Assembly (NCBI GenBank): GCA_040387855.1
Contig: JAZKCY010000001.1
Coordinates: forward strand, 25,334 to 89,333
Direction: 5' to 3'
Source: Patescibacteria group bacterium
GTDB taxonomy: Bacteria > Patescibacteriota > Minisyncoccia > Phycocordibacterales > JAKAEA01
Length of the DNA stretch: 64,000 bases
Made by a program: the position numbers and the translations under genes. This document shows, in pieces, positions 58,278-64,000 of the stretch; the stretch's first letter is position 1, and the number at the start of each line of letters is the position of its first letter. The notes under the pieces are model-generated. The model saw only the letters and a list, made by a program, of their open reading frames with translations. It had not been told where the DNA came from and searched no databases.

Positions 58278-58349
58278 GCACTCGTGGTGAAATGGATATC
58301 ACAACGGTCTTCGGAACCGTTATTGGGGGTTCGAATCCCTCCGAGTGCA
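58278..58349 (+). tRNA. tRNA-Arg(UCG)
   Basis: Acceptor GCACTCG/CGAGTGC, anticodon arm ACGGT-CTTCGGA-ACCGT, GGTTCGAATCC. Confidence 0.93.
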
Positions 58350-58353
58350 CATT

Positions 58354-58424
58354 GCGGGCATGGTTTAGTGGTAGAACACGTCCTTGCCAAGGATGAGACG
58401 GGAGTTCGATTCTCCCTGCCCGCA
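58354..58424 (+). tRNA. tRNA-Gly(GCC)
   Basis: Acceptor GCGGGCA/TGCCCGC, anticodon loop TTGCCAA, GTTCGATTC. Confidence 0.95.
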
Positions 58425-58499
58425 CCCTAGCCCGTGTCTAAAGATTAAAGCCGAGTGTACTACTCGGCTTTGTCTTTATCAAGTCCCTTAGTTTTTAAG

Positions 58500-58680
58500 A
58501 GTTATATACAGTTAGCCGTAGTTACCCTCAAAACTGTGGATAACTATGTGGATATGTGTATAAAAGACAATGTCATATAGATGAGTCAATATGGCTTTTA
58601 CTCAAAAATATGGCCTTGTATGGCCACAATTATCAGACACTGTCTATAATAGATGACTTAGAGAGTTATACACACATACA
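58500..58680. promoter_or_regulatory. Intergenic DnaA-box cluster
   Basis: TTATATACA 58502, TGTGGATAA 58535, TGTGGATAT 58547, TGTGTATAA 58555, TTATACACA 58666. Confidence 0.7.
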
Positions 58681-58687
58681 CACAATA

Positions 58688-58703
58688 TGTTTCACGTGAA
58701 ACA
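58688..58703. promoter_or_regulatory. parS centromere site (perfect consensus)
   Basis: Palindrome TGTTTCACGTGAAACA. Confidence 0.9.
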
Positions 58704-58778
58704 GTCTATATTGGTTATTCATGAAACCTTTATCTAAACTAGAGCTAGTTTTCATGTACATCAAATTATAGTTGTTTC

Positions 58779-59207
58779 ATGAATAACGATGATGTGGAGT
58801 CAAAAGCAGATACAAGAACCAATAAACGCATAATTGGGGATAGTGGTGAAGACATTGTGTGTACGTTTCTTATGAAACAGGGATTTAAGATACTTGATCG
58901 TAACTATTTAAAACCATATGGGGAATTGGATATTGTGGGTAGTAAGGACGGAAAGTATCATTTTATTGAGGTAAAAACAGTTTCATGTGAAATGGATAGC
59001 TTTGTTACACGTAGAACATCAGATAGATATCGACCTGAAGATAATGTTCACGCATGGAAACTACGTAAGTTGGGTAGGGTTATTCAGGCTTATTTGTTAC
59101 ACAAGAAACTTTTTGATGCGGATTGGCAGTTTGATGTAGCTCTTGTTTACTTAGACTCAAAGACAGGGAAGTCTGTAATCGAAATGCTTGAGGATATTAT
59201 TCTATAA
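58779..59207 (+). CDS. YraN (UPF0102) family nuclease-like protein
   Basis: GDSGEDI, ILDRNY, GELDIV, FIEVK, QFDV. Confidence 0.9.
   Translation: MNNDDVESKADTRTNKRIIGDSGEDIVCTFLMKQGFKILDRNYLKPYGELDIVGSKDGKYHFIEVKTVSCEMDSFVTRRTSDRYRPEDNVHAWKLRKLGRVIQAYLLHKKLFDADWQFDVALVYLDSKTGKSVIEMLEDIIL
59003..59018. promoter_or_regulatory. parS-like site inside the yraN gene
   Basis: TGTTACACGTAGAACA; a second variant AGTTTCATGTGAAATG lies at 58979-58994. Confidence 0.55.
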
Positions 59208-59251
59208 GTCTTTTGATAAAAATACTGTTATATGCTAGTCTGTATGAACAT

Positions 59252-59324
59252 CGGAGCGTGGTGTAACGGCTAACATTCCTGTTTTGGGAACAGGCGACTC
59301 CGGGTTCGAATCCCGGCGCTCCGA
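59252..59324 (+). tRNA. tRNA-Pro(UGG)
   Basis: Acceptor CGGAGCG/CGCTCCG, anticodon arm CCTGT-TTTGGGA-ACAGG, GGTTCGAATCC. Confidence 0.95.
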
Positions 59325-59330
59325 CATTGT

Positions 59331-59657
59331 ATGTCTGCTAAGTTTCAGAAAAAAGTAGAAGACTTTACCTGTGAACATTGTGGTAAAGAGGTTAACGGCA
59401 ATGGTTTTACGAATCATTGTCCTTCTTGTTTGTGGAGTAAACATGTGGATAATAACCCGGGAGATAGGGGAGCAGAGTGTCAGGGTATGATGCAGCCCAT
59501 CTACTGTGTTCAAGAAAAAGACTTGTTTATCCTTACCAGTAAGTGTGTTGTGTGTGGCCTTGAAAAGCGAAATAGGCTTACATCTCAGGATAATGTTGAT
59601 GTTGCCTTTGAAATTGTAGAGAAGGCTAATAGAAAGCTTCTAGGCCTTGATAAATAG
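59331..59657 (+). CDS. RNHCP domain zinc-ribbon protein
   Basis: FTCEHCG...TNHCPSCLWSKHVD..PGDR...C.GMM.P. Confidence 0.9.
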   Translation: MSAKFQKKVEDFTCEHCGKEVNGNGFTNHCPSCLWSKHVDNNPGDRGAECQGMMQPIYCVQEKDLFILTSKCVVCGLEKRNRLTSQDNVDVAFEIVEKANRKLLGLDK

Positions 59658-59683
59658 GGAAGATCTGCTATAGTAATTGCATT

Positions 59684-59754
59684 GCGGGATTAGTTAAATG
59701 GTATAACAACAGTTTTCCAAACTGTGGTCAGGAGTTCGATTCCCCTATCCCGCA
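59684..59754 (+). tRNA. tRNA-Gly(UCC)
   Basis: Acceptor GCGGGAT/ATCCCGC, anticodon arm ACAGT-TTTCCAA-ACTGT, GTTCGATTC. Confidence 0.95.
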
Positions 59755-59780
59755 CTCGACAAGCTCGTGCTAAAGCACAA

Positions 59781-59814
59781 AACAAAAGACTCACTAATTA
59801 GTGAGTCTTTTGTT
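59781..59814. terminator. Bidirectional terminator
   Basis: Perfect palindrome AACAAAAGACTCACTAATTAGTGAGTCTTTTGTT. Confidence 0.7.
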
Positions 59815-59836
59815 ATTCATGAAACGTTATTCTTTG

Positions 59837-60397
59837 TTAAACTTGAGGGGGAAGTGATGTTTTACGTGTAACAGCGTTTCCAATTACTGCTGCTAGAGCA
59901 ATGAGGACAATAATGGCTACCATATAGATCCATGGATTTTTAGGGCCAGAAATATAGTGCCAGATATGGCGGTGAACGAAACCAATTGAGAGTGCACCCC
60001 ACCATCCAAGCTGAGAAATAGTAGAAGCAAGGCCAGTTTTAAATACTAAATTAGGCGGAAGATCATTAACATCTCCTAGTCTGTCGGTCGCTTTCTTAAT
60101 AAAGTGTAAGAATATTCCGTTTAAGCCAAGCATTGCTACAAAGAAGAGCTTTATCCATGTAAGGTTATCTATGAAGCCTTTAAGTGTAATAAGACCAATA
60201 CCAGAGAGAACGAGACCAACCCAGCCAATCCAGATAAGTCTTTGAGTGACTTCAGCAATCTGAGCAACAGTTTTTAAAGGAAGTTTTTTCAACATCCATA
60301 GTACTCCACTAAAATCAATTGCAATAACAGCACCAAACCCTGTAATCAAAGAAACAATATGTATAAAAAGAAAAACAAAAAATACTGGTGTATCCAT
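59837..60397 (-). CDS. Hypothetical polytopic membrane protein
   Basis: About 5 hydrophobic segments; leaderless-type -10 upstream. Confidence 0.7.
   Translation of the reverse strand: MDTPVFFVFLFIHIVSLITGFGAVIAIDFSGVLWMLKKLPLKTVAQIAEVTQRLIWIGWVGLVLSGIGLITLKGFIDNLTWIKLFFVAMLGLNGIFLHFIKKATDRLGDVNDLPPNLVFKTGLASTISQLGWWGALSIGFVHRHIWHYISGPKNPWIYMVAIIVLIALAAVIGNAVTRKTSLPPQV
59858..59873. promoter_or_regulatory. parS-like site
   Basis: TGTTTTACGTGTAACA. Confidence 0.6.
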
Positions 60398-60499
60398 AAT
60401 GAAATAGTATAGCAGAGATATTTATTTAAATAAAAACAAATAACAAAAAACCCCTGAGCGTAGTCGAGGGGTTTTTTGTTGTGAAAATAAGATGGAGTC

Positions 60500-60772
60500 T
60501 TATTTTACAGCGTCCTTAAGAGCCTTTGCTGCTCGGAACTTAGGAACTCGCATTGCTGGTACATCTACCATCTCTCCAGTTCGAGGATTTCGAGCCTTTC
60601 GAGCCTGTCGCTGCTTTGCTGAGAAGATTCCCAAACCTGCGATTGAAACTTCTTCACCCTTCTTTAGAGAACCTACGATAGCTTCAATCATTGTTTCAAC
60701 TGCCTGCTCTGCCTGAACCTTTGTTCCTCCAAGCTTTGCGTGTACTGCATCTACGATACTTGCTTTATTCAT
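60500..60772 (-). CDS. hup: DNA-binding protein HU
   Basis: MNKAS, VSIAGLGIF, RKARNPRTGE, VPKFRAAKALKDAV. Confidence 0.96.
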   Translation of the reverse strand: MNKASIVDAVHAKLGGTKVQAEQAVETMIEAIVGSLKKGEEVSIAGLGIFSAKQRQARKARNPRTGEMVDVPAMRVPKFRAAKALKDAVK

Positions 60773-60881
60773 TGTAATAATTATTACGTTTCTAATTACC
60801 GATGCGACCCTGATATGTTCTATATTATATAATATGGCTTATAATAAGGATAGCTCTGAAAAAACTATAAAATATAACTTG

Positions 60882-62411
60882 CTATCTGGCAAATTCGATG
60901 ACGCGGGTCTCTCGAATGACTGTTACTTTAATTTCTCCGGGATATTTTAGTTCGTTTTCAATTCGTTGTGCGATCTCTCGTGCGATAGTTTTAGATTCCA
61001 AATCATTAACATCTTGAGGAGTGATAAATACCCTTATTTCTCGGCCTGCTTGGAGAGCATAGGCTTTTTCAACTCCCTTAAATGAATTAGCAATTCCTTC
61101 AAGATCTTCTAATCTCTTAAGATAATTTTCAACAGTATCACGTCGTGCACCTGGACGTGATCCAGAAATAGCATCTGCGACCTGCACAATAACTGATTCA
61201 ACCGTTTCATATGGATATTCTCCATGGTGTGCTTGCATTGCTTTAATGATTTCTTCTTGTGCACCAAACTTTTGAAGTATTCGGCGACCAATTTCAACAT
61301 GTGTTCCTTGAACTTCGTGATCAACAGCCTTACCTATGTCATGTAGCAGTGCGCCGGCTTTGGCGATTGAAACATTCGCACCAAGTTCTTCAGCAATCAT
61401 TCCGGCAATATGGGCCATTTCAATTGAGTGGGCGAGAACATTTTGTCCGTAACTTGTTCTAAAATGGAGGCGACCTACAATATGTACAATTCGTGGATCT
61501 AAATTGAAGATTCCACATTCATATACTGCCTGTTCACCCTTTTCTTTAATAACTTTATTAATTTCATTCTTTGCTTTTTCAACCATTTCTTCTATTTTTG
61601 CAGGTTGAATACGGCCATCAGCAATAAGATAATCAAGGGCAACACGAGCAATTTGTCGTCGGACAGGATTAAATGATGAAATAGTAATTGCACCAGGAGT
61701 ATCATCAATAATGATTTCTACACCAGTTGCACGTTCGAAAGCTTTAATATTTCGGCCTTCTTTACCAATAATCTTACCTTTGATTTCATCATTAGGAATT
61801 GGCACGCTTGTTGCCATAACATCTGATGACATTGAATTACCAAGGCGCTGTATAGCAGTGGTTAAGATTTCTTGGGCACGTTTTTCAAGAGTTTCTTGGC
61901 CCTGCATCTCTAATTTCTGCATTCGTACCAAAATATCTTCTTCATATTTCTTTTCTACAATGACCGTTATGGCGGATCGGGCTTCTCCTTCAGTCATTCG
62001 TGCTACATGCTCAAGTTCCCGATGCTTTTGTGCCTCGAGATTGTCTGCTTTTTCCTTAATAGCCTTAATTTCAGCTATCTTTTGCTTTAATACTTCAACT
62101 TCCTGATCAATATCAACCTGTCTGTTATCTAAAAGTTCTTCTTTTTTAATCAGACGGTCCTCAGTTTTCTTCAGTTTATCTTCTTTTTCCTTTATTTCTG
62201 CGCGTACTTCTCGTAAGGTATCGATTGATTTTTTCTCAGCATCAGCAGTAATTCTCTTTGATTCTTCTTGAGCATCTGAGAGAATTCGCTTGATTTCGGA
62301 TTCAACTGAACCCTTTTTACTAAGAGCTATAGCCAATCGCAGGAAATAACCCCCTACGAGTCCAATGCATCCGATCGCAATCGAAAGCATAAGCGCTAAT
62401 TGTAATGACAT
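60882..62411 (-). CDS. rny: Ribonuclease Y
   Basis: N-terminal TM, coiled coil, KH motif KGKIIGKEGRNI, HD motif LLHDIGK, ADAISGSRPGAR. Confidence 0.97.
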   Translation of the reverse strand: MSLQLALMLSIAIGCIGLVGGYFLRLAIALSKKGSVESEIKRILSDAQEESKRITADAEKKSIDTLREVRAEIKEKEDKLKKTEDRLIKKEELLDNRQVDIDQEVEVLKQKIAEIKAIKEKADNLEAQKHRELEHVARMTEGEARSAITVIVEKKYEEDILVRMQKLEMQGQETLEKRAQEILTTAIQRLGNSMSSDVMATSVPIPNDEIKGKIIGKEGRNIKAFERATGVEIIIDDTPGAITISSFNPVRRQIARVALDYLIADGRIQPAKIEEMVEKAKNEINKVIKEKGEQAVYECGIFNLDPRIVHIVGRLHFRTSYGQNVLAHSIEMAHIAGMIAEELGANVSIAKAGALLHDIGKAVDHEVQGTHVEIGRRILQKFGAQEEIIKAMQAHHGEYPYETVESVIVQVADAISGSRPGARRDTVENYLKRLEDLEGIANSFKGVEKAYALQAGREIRVFITPQDVNDLESKTIAREIAQRIENELKYPGEIKVTVIRETRVIEFAR

Positions 62412-62420
62412 TGTTTCACA

Positions 62421-62525
62421 GTGGTCTCACCGCAAGCTGTATCTTTATGCGTCTGTTAGTCTGAGTTCAGTAAAGAAAGGAATAGAGGGGTTCAGCACGC
62501 AGAAGGCAATCAACAGCAAGGCCAC
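62421..62525 (-). ncRNA. Candidate short 6S-like RNA or structured rny leader
   Basis: Irregular long hairpin GTGGCCTT/GAGACCAC, GCTGT/ACAGC, TGCGT/ACGCA, CTG/CAG closing a large loop; upstream promoter TCGACA-17-TATGAT; ssrS is often found upstream of rny. Confidence 0.45.
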
Positions 62526-62596
62526 CAATTAATATTTACTAATGATTTTATCATACAAGAGATCTAGCTTTTTGTCGAGAATAGGCTTTTTTATAC

Positions 62597-62629
62597 AAAA
62601 ACCCATACAGTAAATCTGTATGGGTTTTG
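62597..62629 (-). terminator. Terminator of clpP
   Basis: AAAACCCATACAG/CTGTATGGGTTTT. Confidence 0.75.
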
Positions 62630-62631
62630 AT

Positions 62632-63207
62632 TTAGATGATTTTGTCGATAATACCGTATTTCTTGGCTTCTTCTGCATCCATGAAGTAATCTCGTTCAAC
62701 GTCTCTCTCAATTCGGGCAACTGTTTGACCAGTATTCTTTGCCATAATTTGATTGAGTCTCTCTCGAGTCTTTAAGATTTGCTTTGCTGTTACTTCAATA
62801 TCTGATGCTCGGCCTTCTGCTCCTCCTGATGGCTGGTGAATCATGATCTCAGAGTTGGGAAGGGCAAATCGCTTGCCTTTAGTACCAGCTGAGAGCAAAA
62901 GTGCTCCTGCAGATGCTGCAATACCAATACATACGGTAGAAACATCAGGCTTGATGTGATTCATTGTATCAAGCATTGCGAGTGCTGCAGTTACAGATCC
63001 TCCGGGAGAGTTTATATAAAGAGAAATGTCTTTCTTTGAATCTTCTGACTGAAGGAAGAGCAACTGAGCAACCACGATGTTTGCTACAGTGTCATCAATA
63101 GGACCACCAAGGAAAATAATTCGTTCTTTTAATAAACGTGAATAAATATCGTATGCTCGTTCTCCATTGGGAGACTTTTCAATAACTGTTGGAATTAAAT
63201 AGCTCAT
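62632..63207 (-). CDS. clpP: ATP-dependent Clp protease proteolytic subunit
   Basis: [28 protein letters not shown] (Ser), IMIHQP (His), ERDYFM (Asp). Confidence 0.98.
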   Translation of the reverse strand: MSYLIPTVIEKSPNGERAYDIYSRLLKERIIFLGGPIDDTVANIVVAQLLFLQSEDSKKDISLYINSPGGSVTAALAMLDTMNHIKPDVSTVCIGIAASAGALLLSAGTKGKRFALPNSEIMIHQPSGGAEGRASDIEVTAKQILKTRERLNQIMAKNTGQTVARIERDVERDYFMDAEEAKKYGIIDKII

Positions 63208-63328
63208 ATGTGTATATTATAACCGAATTGGTATATTAGTAAATACTTATATATCGTAACTGAATGGGCTTAGTATATGAAAGCGAAAGGTGAAATGCAA
63301 ATTTAGTTGTTTCTGGTAGTATGTCCTT

Positions 63329-64000
63329 ATGAAACTCCAAAGATTCTTTATTGAAGAGCAGCTCCGAAATAAAAAAGACATTACCCTTTATGACGATGAT
63401 TTGATTCATCAGCTCAAGGACGTTTTTCGATTGCGGGTAGGGGATCAAATAATGCTGTTGGACAATTCTGGTTTTGAATATTTGGCAGAAGTTGTGCTAT
63501 TGGCCAGAGGAAAGGGAGAAATCAAGATTATTGATCAATCAGCTGCAATAAATGTACCTAAAGAAGAGGTGTGGCTTTTTGCATCGCTTATAAAGAAGGA
63601 TAATTATGAATGGATTTTGGAAAAGTGTACTGAGCTTGGAGTTTCACATTTTGTCCCAATTGTTTCAGACAGGACTGAAAAGAAAGACTTAAATAGTGAA
63701 CGAGCACAGAAAATTATTAAAGAGGCATCTGAGCAGTCAGAGCGTGGAGTTATGCCTGTCTTATATGATGTGCACACGCTTGAACAAACACTGGAAAAGT
63801 ATGCAGGTACATTTCCTATCTATGCTTTTCATATCGGACAAGAATTCCCAAAGTTTAATTATTCTGAAATTAAAAATAAGCATGCAGATAGAAATGCATC
63901 ACTCAAGCTTCCTGAAGAACCGATTGGGATTTTTGTTGGACCAGAAGGCGGATGGACTGAAAAAGAAGTAGAACTATTTAAACAACATTCAGTGCAAATT
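63329..64000 (+). CDS. rsmE: 16S rRNA m3U1498 methyltransferase RsmE (runs off the window; absent from the ORF track)
   Basis: Manual translation MKLQRFF...HQLKDVFRLRVGD...EWILEKCTELGV...EASEQSER...FVGPEGGW. Confidence 0.93.
   Translation, partial: MKLQRFFIEEQLRNKKDITLYDDDLIHQLKDVFRLRVGDQIMLLDNSGFEYLAEVVLLARGKGEIKIIDQSAAINVPKEEVWLFASLIKKDNYEWILEKCTELGVSHFVPIVSDRTEKKDLNSERAQKIIKEASEQSERGVMPVLYDVHTLEQTLEKYAGTFPIYAFHIGQEFPKFNYSEIKNKHADRNASLKLPEEPIGIFVGPEGGWTEKEVELFKQHSVQI

Noticed and set aside
58217-58390. N-terminal extension of cca in the ORF track
   Set aside because: Runs antisense over tRNA-Arg and tRNA-Gly; real start is likely 58216
5029-59754. tRNAs lacking encoded CCA ends
   Set aside because: Ordinary given the cca gene in the window
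63696-63971. 91-aa ORF near the window end
   Set aside because: Out-of-frame shadow inside rsmE

Overview
AT-rich (roughly 35-40% GC by eye), gene-dense chromosomal segment that looks like a Patescibacteria/CPR (Parcubacteria-like) genome. The lineage is inferred from the compact proteins, the gene content and the CPR-type VirB4/PrgI/pilin cluster. The window spans the replication origin (dnaN-oriC-dnaA-rpmH-rnpA-yidC) and many housekeeping genes: ruvABC, polA, holA, pcrA, mutM, xth, xerC-like, tyrS, cca, rny, clpP, rpsT, rpsO, rsmA, rsmE and five tRNAs. Main points: (1) an origin-adjacent T4SS-like cluster of about 15 kb, in which a VirB2-like pilin is fused to a beta-helix module; paralogues of that module also cap two tandem giant surface proteins 20 kb away, and a lectin-like (F5/8) protein lies in the same cluster, suggesting a modular glycan-targeting host-contact system; (2) a second DnaA-box cluster interleaved with about 7 parS-like sites 32 kb from dnaA; (3) three structured ncRNA candidates, one a short 6S-like RNA upstream of rny; (4) a single high-GC lipoprotein gene cassette; (5) pervasive leaderless promoter architecture. 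All protein calls come from motif recognition by eye; no database searches were run.
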